Assembly: GCA_013003115.1 (NCBI GenBank)
Contig: JABDLF010000073.1
Span: 9,025 to 73,024, forward strand
DNA length: 64,000 bases
Reading direction: 5' to 3'
From: Gammaproteobacteria bacterium
Lineage (GTDB): Bacteria; Pseudomonadota; Gammaproteobacteria; Steroidobacterales; JABDLF01
Shown here: positions 9,556 to 18,815 of the stretch, piece after piece
Layout of the letters: each line of letters starts with the position of its first letter
How positions within the stretch are numbered: the stretch's first letter is position 1
Translations under genes and position numbers: made by a program
Notes under the pieces: generated by a model
The model's database searches: none
What the model was told of the DNA's origin: nothing
What the model saw: only the letters and a program-made list of their open reading frames with translations

Positions 9556-10110
9556 TTAGCCCGTAAAGAACTGTTTCTGGAATCGCAGCCTGTAGCTCGA
9601 TGTTTCGTTTTCCGGTACGACGGCAACGTCAAAGATCAGCGTTTCACCATCGGCTACTGGCAGCTCGCCTATATAGTAAATGGCAGAACTGCTGCCTTCA
9701 CCCTCAACTATTTCGCGCACTTTAATGACTTTCAGCTGGCCCGAAAGGTTCGATGCATTCACCGTTACTTTGCCTTTTACGGGGGTGCCCAAGCCCTCGT
9801 CTTCGCGTCGCATGACGCTGATATTCAGCATGGCGCGGCTCTTGCTGCGAACGATGCCGTAGGCCATGGCAACCTGCGGCGCAAGGCTGTCGGTGCTTAG
9901 CGCGTTGAAGTGAATCCGGTAATCGCCAAAATCGCGGTGCGAATCGAGAGTGGCGGGTGCTTCAGCGGCGAGTTCCGGTTCGACCTGCTGATCGGCGCCC
10001 CCACATGCGCTCAGCAATACCGATAATGCGAGCACTGCGGTGATGCCGCAGCCTCTGGCTGACCTGGTCCGTTGAGCTTGAATCACAGCCGTGCTCCTTA
10101 CTTGCTTCAT
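9556..10110 (-). CDS. DUF4426-family lipoprotein
   Basis: Lipobox LLSAC. DFGDYRIHFNALSTDSLAPQVAMAYGIVRSKSRAMLNISV matches my memory of DUF4426. It occupies the conserved position next to yggT/proC/yggS. Confidence 0.7.
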   Translation of the reverse strand: MKQVRSTAVIQAQRTRSARGCGITAVLALSVLLSACGGADQQVEPELAAEAPATLDSHRDFGDYRIHFNALSTDSLAPQVAMAYGIVRSKSRAMLNISVMRREDEGLGTPVKGKVTVNASNLSGQLKVIKVREIVEGEGSSSAIYYIGELPVADGETLIFDVAVVPENETSSYRLRFQKQFFTG

Positions 10111-10201
10111 CTCTCTACTATAGCCCAGTGCGGGCCGCGGGCAATGCCAGCGGGCTTCGCTGGGATTCGACGTCCCGCCATTTTTTGCGGGGTGAAGCAG
10201 G

Positions 10202-10750
10202 TCACAACAGGCCTGGCGGCAGTGGTATGAGCATGCGCAGGGCCTGCAAACCGATGATCACGAATAGTGGCGAGAGGTCGAGGCCCCCGATATCCGGTAT
10301 GAGCCGGCGCACAGGCGCCATCAGCGGCTCGGTGATGGACCAGATGACCGCGGTGACAGGGTTGTGCGTGCCGGGAGCGATCCAGCTCTGGATCACCCTT
10401 ATGATGATCGCAAAGAAATACAGATTTATGAAGGCGACAATTGTGCGCAGTGCGGCGTAAAGCAGCACCTCGCCCGGCCGCGATGGCAAGGCGCCAGTGA
10501 TCAGCCAATACAGGAACACGACCGCCAGAATCTCAAGCAGGAGAATCGCGACCGCGGTTGCGGTATCTATTCGCCCCACTGCCGGCAGCAGTTTTCGGCC
10601 CGGTAGCACAAGCGGATTAGTAATGCGCATGATGAACTGCGAAAACGGGTTGTAAAAGTCTGCCCGCACCCATTGCAGGACAAGCCGAAGCACGTACGAG
10701 AGAATGTAAAGATCAATCAGCGTTTTGCTGACAAAAATTATTGCGTTCAT
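10202..10750 (-). CDS. yggT: YggT-family membrane protein
   Basis: Duplicated YggT repeat (LIDLYILSYVLRLVLQW...FYNPFSQFIMRITNPLVLPGRKLLP and INLYFFAIIIRVIQSWI...NPVTAVIWSITEPLMAPVRRLIP). Synteny with proC/yggS. Confidence 0.88.
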   Translation of the reverse strand: MNAIIFVSKTLIDLYILSYVLRLVLQWVRADFYNPFSQFIMRITNPLVLPGRKLLPAVGRIDTATAVAILLLEILAVVFLYWLITGALPSRPGEVLLYAALRTIVAFINLYFFAIIIRVIQSWIAPGTHNPVTAVIWSITEPLMAPVRRLIPDIGGLDLSPLFVIIGLQALRMLIPLPPGLL

Positions 10751-10791
10751 AACCGGGTTAGCAATCCTTGGTCCTGTGCACAGTTCGGAGT

Positions 10792-11619
10792 CTATGCCTT
10801 GCCGAATTCATCCGCCAGCTCGGTGGCGCGTCGCCTGGCGGACTCGAGTGCCCGATTCAGCGTGTCTGCAAACGCGGGCTCGGCCAGTACCTTGAGAGCT
10901 GCCTCCGTGGTGCCGCCCGGTGACGTAACCCTGCGGCGCAGCTCGCCCACGGACTCTTCGTTCTCGATGGCCATGCGTGCTGCGCCGAGCGCCGTCTGCA
11001 GCGTCAGGATGCTCGCCGCTTCGGCCGGAAGCCCGAGCTGCACCGCCTGCTTTTCGATAAGCTCCATCAGCAGGAAGAAGTAAGCGGGCCCGCTTCCGGA
11101 TACAGCCGTAACCGCGTCCAGCTCTGATTCATCGTCCAGCCAGACGGTGACCCCCACGGCACGCATGATTGCCTCGGCCGTCTCCCTTTGGCTGCGGCTT
11201 GCCGCTGCATTGCCAAAAAGGCCGGAAGCTCCGCAGCCTAGGAGCGCCGGCGTGTTAGGCATAACCCGCACTATCGCCGGGTCGCCCCCGGTCCACCGCG
11301 CTATGTCCGCACTGCGAATACCGGCGGCCACAGAAATCAGCATTGCTGAGCTACTTGTAACGCGGGGGCTGAGATCGCGTGCCACCGTTGAGACCAGCTG
11401 TGGTTTGACGGCAAGGACGATGACTTGCGCGTCTGCAGCAGCGTCGAGATTTTTGCCAAAGCACTTTACGGACCAGCGCGCTTCGAGGTCACGGCGGCGG
11501 TCTGCATCAGGGTCTGCCGCTCGCAGCCGTGTCGCTGGAAAGCCATCAGCCACAAGACCGCCGATCAGACTGTGCGCCATGTTGCCGGCGCCAATGAAAG
11601 TTATGTTTTGTTCGTGCAT
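10792..11619 (-). CDS. proC: pyrroline-5-carboxylate reductase
   Basis: ITFIGAGNMA Rossmann motif, RVMPNTPA, and SPGGTTEAAL near the C-terminus. Confidence 0.95.
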   Translation of the reverse strand: MHEQNITFIGAGNMAHSLIGGLVADGFPATRLRAADPDADRRRDLEARWSVKCFGKNLDAAADAQVIVLAVKPQLVSTVARDLSPRVTSSSAMLISVAAGIRSADIARWTGGDPAIVRVMPNTPALLGCGASGLFGNAAASRSQRETAEAIMRAVGVTVWLDDESELDAVTAVSGSGPAYFFLLMELIEKQAVQLGLPAEAASILTLQTALGAARMAIENEESVGELRRRVTSPGGTTEAALKVLAEPAFADTLNRALESARRRATELADEFGKA

Positions 11620-11686
11620 TTTTTGTGTTCCCGCTAAGCGAAAAAATGAGTGTGTTGGCTGTTACAGAAATGCCTTCTTCGTGTCA

Positions 11687-12370
11687 TCAACCGCGAGGTC
11701 CGAAAATCGCTGTGCCAATTCGCACGCAGGTTGAGCCTTCCATTACCGCCGACTCGAGATCTGCGCTCATTCCCATAGAGAGGGTGTCGAGGTCATGGCC
11801 TTCGCTGCGCAAATGCTCGAGACAACGCCGGAGCGTTGCAAAGTTAGTCCGCTGGATGGACTCGTCGGTGGTATACGGCGGCAGGCACATGAGCCCGCGG
11901 AGATTCAATCCGGGAAGTTCGGCAACAGCGGCAGCGAGTTCGGGTAGCGCCTGATCGCTGACACCTGCTTTGCTTTCTTCATCGCCAATGCGCACCTGAA
12001 TGCAAACCTGCAGCGGTCGCGTGCCGTGCGGGCGCTGATCGGAGAGGCGGCGGGCAATATCAACGCGCGTCAGTGAGTGCAGCCAGTGAAAGTTCCGGGC
12101 AATCGGGCCTGTCTTGTTTGCCTGAAGGCGCCCGATGAAGTGCCAGCGCAGCTTGCGCCCGTCGAGGCGTTCCATTTTCTCCAGCGCTTCCTTGACGTAG
12201 TTTTCACCGAAATGCTCCTGGCCCGCATCGCTGGCCTCTGCAATTGCGCTGGAGGAGTGGGTTTTGCTGACCGCCAGCAGGCGAATTTCGCCGGGATCAC
12301 GGCCAGCTGCGGCCGCTGCCGCTCTGATCCTCTGCCTCACAAGTTGAAGATTTTCTGTGATTTTTGTCAT
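11687..12370 (-). CDS. yggS: YggS-family pyridoxal-phosphate homeostasis protein
   Basis: LLAVSKT (PLP lysine), HFGENYVKEA, WHFIGRLQANK, SMGMSADLE, VRIGTAIFG. Confidence 0.92.
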   Translation of the reverse strand: MTKITENLQLVRQRIRAAAAAAGRDPGEIRLLAVSKTHSSSAIAEASDAGQEHFGENYVKEALEKMERLDGRKLRWHFIGRLQANKTGPIARNFHWLHSLTRVDIARRLSDQRPHGTRPLQVCIQVRIGDEESKAGVSDQALPELAAAVAELPGLNLRGLMCLPPYTTDESIQRTNFATLRRCLEHLRSEGHDLDTLSMGMSADLESAVMEGSTCVRIGTAIFGPRG

Positions 12371-12475
12371 ATTCGAGCCTGTCTGCCTAAGTTATACTCT
12401 GACCACGCCGTGCGTTGGCCGGCGAGCCCGGGGGATCGCACGCGAAGCTCCGGCACGACCACTAAAGGAAAACAG

Positions 12476-13516
12476 ATGGCCGTCGATATCGCGCAACTCC
12501 TGGCATTCGGTGTCAAAAATAACGCATCCGACCTGCATCTCTCCGCAGGCGTCCCGCCCATGATACGGGTGGACGGCGAAGTCAAAAAGATCAATATGCC
12601 GCCTTTGTCGCATAAAGAAGTGCACAGCATGGTGTACGACATCATGAACGACAAGCAGCGTAAGGACTTTGAAGAGTTTCTTGAAACCGATTTCTCCTTC
12701 GAGATACCGGAACTGGCGCGCTTCCGCGTCAATGCTTTCAACCAGAACCGTGGTGCGGGGGCCGTATTCCGCACCATTCCGTCGAAGATTCTGACCCTGG
12801 ACGATCTCGGCGCGCCGGCAAACTTCAAGGACATATCTTTGCAGCCCAGAGGCCTCGTGCTGGTGACCGGACCGACCGGCTCAGGTAAATCGACGACCCT
12901 CGCCGCAATGATCGATTTCATAAACGATCGTAAGCCGATTCATATTCTCACCATCGAGGATCCGATTGAATTCGTGCACGTCAACAAGAAGGCGCTTATC
13001 AATCAGCGCGAAGTGCATCGCGATACGCTAGGATTTAACGAGGCCTTGCGTTCTGCGCTGCGCGAGGATCCTGATGTTGTGCTGGTGGGTGAAATGCGCG
13101 ACCTTGAAACAATCAGGCTCGCGCTGACAGCTGCCGAAACGGGGCATCTCGTCTTCGGCACGCTGCACACGAGCTCGGCCGCCAAAACCATCGACCGCGT
13201 GGTCGACGTATTTCCGGCAGCTGAAAAAGAGATGGTTCGATCGATGTTGTCGGAATCGCTGCGGGCGGTGATATCCCAGACTCTTTTGCAGAAAATTGGC
13301 GGCGGGCGAGTTGCGGCACACGAGATAATGATGGGAACGCCGGCGATCCGGAACCTGATCAGGGAAGGCAAGATCGCGCAGATGTATTCAGCCATCCAGA
13401 CCGGGCAGGACAGCGGCATGCAGACGCTGGACCAGTGCCTGCAGGACTTGCTGTCAAAACACATAATCACGCGCGACTCCGCGCGCGAAAAGGCGCAGAA
13501 CAAGGATCAGTTCTGA
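12476..13516 (+). CDS. pilT: type IV pilus retraction ATPase PilT
   Basis: Walker A GPTGSGKSTTLAAMI, Asp box ILTIEDPIEF, Walker B VVLVGEMRD, His box FGTLHT, and the PilT-specific AIRNLIREGK. Start trimmed from 12077 to the ATG at 12476 (AAAGGAAAA upstream). Confidence 0.95.
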   Translation: MAVDIAQLLAFGVKNNASDLHLSAGVPPMIRVDGEVKKINMPPLSHKEVHSMVYDIMNDKQRKDFEEFLETDFSFEIPELARFRVNAFNQNRGAGAVFRTIPSKILTLDDLGAPANFKDISLQPRGLVLVTGPTGSGKSTTLAAMIDFINDRKPIHILTIEDPIEFVHVNKKALINQREVHRDTLGFNEALRSALREDPDVVLVGEMRDLETIRLALTAAETGHLVFGTLHTSSAAKTIDRVVDVFPAAEKEMVRSMLSESLRAVISQTLLQKIGGGRVAAHEIMMGTPAIRNLIREGKIAQMYSAIQTGQDSGMQTLDQCLQDLLSKHIITRDSAREKAQNKDQF

Positions 13517-13549
13517 GCGGGCGCAACGCGCGCCGGGGAGTAAGCAATC

Positions 13550-14710
13550 ATGGAACGCGATCAGGCGATAAAATTTATGCAGGATCTTCTGAAGGCCATG
13601 GTGGCCAAGGACGGCTCTGACCTTTTCATCACCGCGGGTTTCCCGCCGGCGATCAAGATAGACGGACAGGTTAAGCCTGCGTCAGACCGGCCGCTGTCAT
13701 CTGCCGAGAGCGGCATGATTATCCGCTCGATCATGAACGACAAGCAGAAAAAGGAATTTGATGCGACCAAGGAATGCAACTTCGCCATTGCCCCGCGCGG
13801 AATAGGGCGCTTTCGAGTAAGCGCTTTTGTGCAGCAGGGCCAGACGGGCGGCGTGCTCAGAACGATTACAACTGAAATTCCTGAATTCGATGCGCTTGGA
13901 TTGCCGCCAATTCTGAAGGACGTCGTGATGTCCAAGCGAGGGCTCGCGATCGTGGTCGGCGGGACGGGTTCCGGTAAGTCAACAACGCTGGCGGCGATGA
14001 TCGGTCATCGCAATGCCAACTCGCGCGGCCACATAATCTCCATCGAAGACCCGGTGGAGTACGTGCACCCGCACAGGGGATGCGTTATCACCCAGCGCGA
14101 GGTGGGGGTAGATACGGACAGCTGGCACGCAGCGCTGAAGAATACGCTGCGCCAGGCCCCGGATGTCATCCTCATCGGTGAGATTCGTGACCGCGAGACC
14201 ATGGAGTATGCGGTGCAGTTCGCCGAGACCGGGCATCTTTGTCTCGCGACGCTGCACGCCAATAGCGCCAACCAGGCGCTGGACCGGATAATTAACTTTT
14301 TCCCGGAAGAAAAGCGTGACCAGCTGCTGATGGACCTGTCGCTGAATATCCGGGCACTGATATCCCAGAGACTCATCCCCCGCGACTCAGGCAAGGGGCG
14401 CATTGCGGCCATGGAGGTCATGCTTGCCTCGCCTCTTATTTCAGACCTGATCCTCAAGGGCGAGGTGGGCCAGGTTAAAGAAATCATGGCAAAGTCGACG
14501 CGCCTCGGTATGCAGACTTTCGACCAGGCGTTATTCAGACTTTACGAGGATGGCGCCATTTCTTACGAAGCCGCGCTCAGAAACGCGGATTCCAAGAACG
14601 AACTGCGTTTGCGCATCAAGCTCGAAAGCAAGCGCGACTTTGAGGCCTCGGACGGTGGCGCGCAGAGCCTGCATATTGTCGACGATAGCGAATCAGGCCA
14701 GGGAATATGA
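13550..14710 (+). CDS. pilU: PilT-family ATPase PilU
   Basis: GGTGSGKSTTLAAMI, IISIEDPVEY, VILIGEIRD and ATLHA. LISDLILKGE replaces the PilT AIRNLIRE helix. There is a C-terminal extension, as in PilU. Confidence 0.9.
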   Translation: MERDQAIKFMQDLLKAMVAKDGSDLFITAGFPPAIKIDGQVKPASDRPLSSAESGMIIRSIMNDKQKKEFDATKECNFAIAPRGIGRFRVSAFVQQGQTGGVLRTITTEIPEFDALGLPPILKDVVMSKRGLAIVVGGTGSGKSTTLAAMIGHRNANSRGHIISIEDPVEYVHPHRGCVITQREVGVDTDSWHAALKNTLRQAPDVILIGEIRDRETMEYAVQFAETGHLCLATLHANSANQALDRIINFFPEEKRDQLLMDLSLNIRALISQRLIPRDSGKGRIAAMEVMLASPLISDLILKGEVGQVKEIMAKSTRLGMQTFDQALFRLYEDGAISYEAALRNADSKNELRLRIKLESKRDFEASDGGAQSLHIVDDSESGQGI

Positions 14711-14772
14711 TCAATAAGTCGGCCGTCAGCGGCCGCCGGGCCGCCCGGTACTAACAAGGACCGTATCGTCAG

Positions 14773-15831
14773 ATGAATATTCGTGCCCTGCTCAAACTCA
14801 TGGCGGACAAGAAAGCGTCCGACCTGTTCATGACTCCGAACGCCCCCGTAAAAATCAAGATCGAGGGTCGACTGGTGCCCGTCAACAAGACCTTGATGGA
14901 CGCCGACGTAATCAAGCGCACGGTACTCGGCCTGATGACTGAAGAGCAGGCGAAGACTTTCCGGGAGGAGCTGGAGGTCGATTTCGCTATTGCGGAAGAC
15001 GGCGTCGGTCGTTTCAGAGTCAACGCATTCCATCAGCGCGGATCAGTGGCGATGGTAATGCGCTACATCACCAGCAACGTGCCCAAGCTGACGGACCTGG
15101 GCATGCCGGATATTTTGCGGACGCTGGTCATGCACAATCGAGGCCTGGTACTGATGGTTGGCGCTACCGGATCAGGCAAGTCGACGAGCCTGGCCGCGAT
15201 GCTCGACTATCGCAACGAGAACACGGGCGGTCATATCCTTACGATAGAAGACCCCATCGAGTTTTTGCACTCCAACAAGAACTGTATCGTGAATCAGCGC
15301 GAGATCGGGGTGGACACCAAGAGCTACCATGCCGCCCTGCGCAGCGCGGTGCGCGAGGCGCCGAACGTAATCCTGATTGGTGAGATCCGCGACCGCATAA
15401 CCATGGAGGCGGCGATCGCGCTGGCTGGCACCGGTCACCTGGCAATTTCAACTTTGCACGCGAACAATGCTGCCGAAACGCTGGATCGTATTATCAACAT
15501 GTTCCCGCAGGATGCGCACGGGCATATTCTCATGGATCTTTCGCAGTACTTGCGGGGAATAATTTCGCAGCGCCTCGTGCAGGGCAAGGGCGGAAAGCGA
15601 GTTGCGGCCGTTGAGGTAATGATCAACACGCCGCATATTTCCGAGCTGATTCGCAAAGGCGATGTCTCTGGCGTCAAAGAGGCGGTAGAAGATGCGAGCG
15701 AAGAGGGCATGCAGGACTTCGATACGGCGCTTTTCAATCTTTACCGCCAGGGCCGAATCGAGCTTGAAGAAGCGCTGCGAGCGGCAGATTCCCGCGCTAA
15801 CCTCGAGACTAAAATCAATTTCGGCATGTAG
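14773..15831 (+). CDS. third PilT/PilU-family hexameric ATPase (PilU-like paralogue)
   Basis: GATGSGKSTSLAAML, ILTIEDPIEF, VILIGEIRD and STLHANNAAETLDRIINMFP. HISELIRKGD replaces the PilT-specific motif. Confidence 0.85.
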   Translation: MNIRALLKLMADKKASDLFMTPNAPVKIKIEGRLVPVNKTLMDADVIKRTVLGLMTEEQAKTFREELEVDFAIAEDGVGRFRVNAFHQRGSVAMVMRYITSNVPKLTDLGMPDILRTLVMHNRGLVLMVGATGSGKSTSLAAMLDYRNENTGGHILTIEDPIEFLHSNKNCIVNQREIGVDTKSYHAALRSAVREAPNVILIGEIRDRITMEAAIALAGTGHLAISTLHANNAAETLDRIINMFPQDAHGHILMDLSQYLRGIISQRLVQGKGGKRVAAVEVMINTPHISELIRKGDVSGVKEAVEDASEEGMQDFDTALFNLYRQGRIELEEALRAADSRANLETKINFGM

Positions 15832-15869
15832 CCGCGCTGCCCGTACCGGCGAACAGTCGTCCTCAGCGA

Positions 15870-16760
15870 TCAGTCAGCCGCAAAGACCGTGCTGGCCTCG
15901 AACACCGGCCCGTCAACGCAAACGCGTTTCATTGCAGGCCCCTCAGCTGTCCTGACAAGGACAGTGCAGCCGGCGCAGCCCCCTACCGCACAGGCCATGT
16001 ATTCCTCCAGGGACACCTGGCAGGGCAGTTCGTACTCTTGCGCGAGTTCTGCCACGGCACGCAGCATCGGAGTGGGGCCGCAGGCGAAGATCTGCACCTG
16101 GCCAAGTTCTCCCTTGCCGAGCGCGTCGAGCCACTTTCTTGCCAAATCTGTAACGTAGCCTTTGAAGCAATGCGGGTATCCCTGCAGGCTGGTGAGCCTG
16201 CTGGCCACCCCCCATTTCTCAAGCAGGGGCATGCAGGCGTTCATGCCCGGGTCGATGCCTGCAACGGCCAGGACGGAACGTGCTTCGGTGAACGGAAACG
16301 GAATTTCAGAGCCCATGATCACAAGGGGCTCGTGCCCGGGTAAGTCCTTCGACAGCGCTTCTGCGAGGAAGACCATGGGCGGGATACCGACGCCGCCTCC
16401 AATAAGCAGCGGCCGGGACCGTGCTTTGTCCGGCGCGAAGGGTTTGCCGATGGGGCCAAGAATATTCAGCGTATCGCCCGGCCGGCGGCTTGCCAGGTGG
16501 CGCAGACCTTCGCCTACGATCTTGTAAAGAAACTCGATCCAGCCGTCTTCCGGATCGGCGCGCATGATGGAGAGAGGTCGTCGCATCGGCACAGCAGGAT
16601 CGCAGGTCACATGAGCAAAACTTCCGGCGCGGGCGCGCTGCGCGCACCGGGGCGCGCGCACTCGCATTATGAACTGGCGCTCGGCAAACGCAGTCTGGCT
16701 TATGACTTCTGCGTCTTCCACAAAAATAGTGCCGCGGTGGCTCCGGGAGATGTTTTTCAA
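15870..16760 (-). CDS. PyrK-like FAD/[2Fe-2S] electron-transfer protein (dihydroorotate dehydrogenase B electron-transfer-subunit family)
   Basis: RPLSIM flavin motif, LLIGGGVGIPP nucleotide-binding motif, and the C-terminal cluster MACAVGGCAGCTV...RVCVDGPVF as in PyrK. Its start overlaps the pyrB stop (16757-16760). Confidence 0.75.
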   Translation of the reverse strand: MKNISRSHRGTIFVEDAEVISQTAFAERQFIMRVRAPRCAQRARAGSFAHVTCDPAVPMRRPLSIMRADPEDGWIEFLYKIVGEGLRHLASRRPGDTLNILGPIGKPFAPDKARSRPLLIGGGVGIPPMVFLAEALSKDLPGHEPLVIMGSEIPFPFTEARSVLAVAGIDPGMNACMPLLEKWGVASRLTSLQGYPHCFKGYVTDLARKWLDALGKGELGQVQIFACGPTPMLRAVAELAQEYELPCQVSLEEYMACAVGGCAGCTVLVRTAEGPAMKRVCVDGPVFEASTVFAAD

Positions 16761-17710
16761 GCTCTGCCTGCCCGGTCTGATTCCGCGAGTGAGTTTGCCA
16801 CCGTGGTAAGCACGGCCATGCGCACGGCGACGCCATTCCTGACCTGCTCACGAATGACAGAGCGCGGACCGTCTGCAACTTCGTCGTCCAGTTCTATCCC
16901 GCGGTTTATTGGCCCGGGATGCATGACTATGGCATCGGGGGCCAGGGCCGCGAGCTTTTTCTCGGTAAGACCAAAGCGCTGAAAATAATCAGCGCTCTCG
17001 GGCATTTCAGCGAGTTTCATTCGCTCCCGCTGGATGCGCAGAGCCATCACCACGTCGGCGCCATCGATGCCGCTCGCAAGATCGTTGCCCTGGAATGTGC
17101 CAGGCATTTCGCCGTCGTCAGGAAGAAAAGACTCGGGGCCAATGAGACGAATGTCACTGATTCCCATCAGTCTGAGACCACGCACGGCGGAGCGCGCCAC
17201 CCGCGAGTGTGCGATGTCTCCCACGATTGCGACTCGCAGTTTGTCGGTGTCTGGTTTGTGTTGCCGGATAGTCAGCATGTCGAGCAGCCCCTGGGTCGGG
17301 TGGGCAAATTCTGCCTCGCCAGCGCTGATCAGGCCACAGTCAGGTGCAAGGTGTCCGGCAAGTTCTGCCGGTAAACCTGCGACACCTGTACGCAGTATAA
17401 AGATCGACGCGCCCATCGCCGCCAGGGTTGAGAGCGTGTCCCTGTCTGCCTCACCCTTTTTTCTCGATGAGCACATAACGTCGAGATTGACCAGGTCGGC
17501 ACCGAGGCGACGGGCCGCAATCTCGAAAGAGACGCGAGTGCGCGTGCTCGGTTCAAAAAATATGCTGGCTACAATTCGTCCTTGAAGCGGGCCGACAAGT
17601 GGTCGCCCCGTCTTCAGAAACTGCTCCGCGCTATCAAGCAGGGCATGAAACTGCGCGGGCTCGAGGTCATCGAGACTCAGCAAGTGGCGAACCTGGCCCG
17701 GCGGCGTCAA
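16757..17710 (-). CDS. pyrB: aspartate carbamoyltransferase catalytic subunit
   Basis: FFEPSTRTR, HPTQ, MHPGP(I)NRG. Apparent TTG start overlapping the ruvX stop. Confidence 0.95.
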   Translation of the reverse strand: MTPPGQVRHLLSLDDLEPAQFHALLDSAEQFLKTGRPLVGPLQGRIVASIFFEPSTRTRVSFEIAARRLGADLVNLDVMCSSRKKGEADRDTLSTLAAMGASIFILRTGVAGLPAELAGHLAPDCGLISAGEAEFAHPTQGLLDMLTIRQHKPDTDKLRVAIVGDIAHSRVARSAVRGLRLMGISDIRLIGPESFLPDDGEMPGTFQGNDLASGIDGADVVMALRIQRERMKLAEMPESADYFQRFGLTEKKLAALAPDAIVMHPGPINRGIELDDEVADGPRSVIREQVRNGVAVRMAVLTTVANSLAESDRAGRA

Positions 17711-18186
17711 GGGTTTTCATCCATTAAGTTGCCGGCTGCCCGCTCATTCAGCCACGTTTCCAGTATGAGTTTTGCGGCAACCGGGTCGATGTCCGCTTTC
17801 CTTACGCGACGGCTCCGCTGGCCCGACCGCCGGGCCGCGCGAAGCTGGTCTCGTGCTGCCGATGAGCTCAGCTGCTCGTCAACAAATTCAACCGGCAGCT
17901 GAAAGCGCTCCCTGAGCGCGTCGGCAAAAGCGCGTGTTGCTTCGCTCATCGGTGTTTCGTCGCCGGCGAGGGTGCGCGGCAGGCCAACCACGAGAAGCGC
18001 GGGCTGCCACTCGCTCACCAGGTTGCCAAGTTTGCGCCAGTCAGGCAGGTGCTCGCTGTTCGCCACGCTCGCAAGAGCCTGCGCATGGCCCGAAATCTCG
18101 CTGCCCACCGCGACGCCAATGCGTCGCAGGCCAAAATCAAAGCCCATTGCCACGGATCCCGCAGATCCAGGCGGGCCGCTGCTCAC
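17707..18186 (-). CDS. ruvX: YqgF/RuvX putative pre-16S rRNA nuclease (Holliday-junction-resolvase-like)
   Basis: MGFDFGLRRIGVAVG N-terminal motif, LVVGLP, VEFVDEQLSS. The start is either GTG 18186 or the ATG 39 nt downstream. Confidence 0.85.
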   Translation of the reverse strand: MSSGPPGSAGSVAMGFDFGLRRIGVAVGSEISGHAQALASVANSEHLPDWRKLGNLVSEWQPALLVVGLPRTLAGDETPMSEATRAFADALRERFQLPVEFVDEQLSSSAARDQLRAARRSGQRSRRVRKADIDPVAAKLILETWLNERAAGNLMDENP

Positions 18187-18202
18187 GGCTGCAACCTGGA
18201 CA

Positions 18203-18766
18203 CTATGCGTGGCCAGCGGGGTGGCTCAGCTGCGAGATATCGACACCAAGAAGCCGCGCCGCCGCAGTCCATCGCTGTTCCAGCGGGGTTGCAAATAAGA
18301 TGTCAGATTCGCGTGGCACTGAAAGCCAGGCGTTCTCGGCGAGTTCCCTGTCGAGCTGACCTGCATCCCAGCCCGCATAACCCAGGGCAACCAGCGCTTT
18401 GCCAGGACCTTTGCCCTCGGCCATTGCGGCTAAAACGTCGCGTGAGGTGGTCAGAGCCAGGTCGTCAGAGATATTCAGGCTGGACTCGAACGCCTCGCTT
18501 CGCTCATGGACGACAAACCCGCACTCCGGCTGCACCGGCCCTCCGGAAAGGACGATCTGGGTGCCCAGCCCGCTGTTTTTTGCCTCGAGAGACATTTGCT
18601 CAAAAACGTCCGCGAGCGTTAGCCCAAGTGGACGATTGACCACGATTCCCAGCGCCCCGTGTTCGTCGTGACGACAAATATAGGTTACTGACTGGTGGAA
18701 ATTAGGGTCCCCGAGTCCCGGCATGGCAATCAGGAAGTGATCGCTGAGATAGCTGCTGTTATCCAT
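18203..18766 (-). CDS. yqgE: YqgE/AlgH-family protein (UPF0301)
   Basis: HFLIAMPGLGDPNFHQSVTYICRHDEHGALGIVVNRP, GGPVQPE, GYAGWDAGQLDREL. Confidence 0.88.
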   Translation of the reverse strand: MDNSSYLSDHFLIAMPGLGDPNFHQSVTYICRHDEHGALGIVVNRPLGLTLADVFEQMSLEAKNSGLGTQIVLSGGPVQPECGFVVHERSEAFESSLNISDDLALTTSRDVLAAMAEGKGPGKALVALGYAGWDAGQLDRELAENAWLSVPRESDILFATPLEQRWTAAARLLGVDISQLSHPAGHA

Positions 18767-18815
18767 TGCCCTCTATTATCGGTGCCATTCACGATGCTCT
18801 CAAGGTGAGGGCAGC

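Noticed and set aside
12077-12475. N-terminal 133-codon extension of the pilT ORF in the track
   Set aside because: The extension runs antisense through yggS and has no PilT similarity. A good RBS (AAAGGAAAA) precedes the ATG at 12476, which gives a canonical 346-aa PilT.
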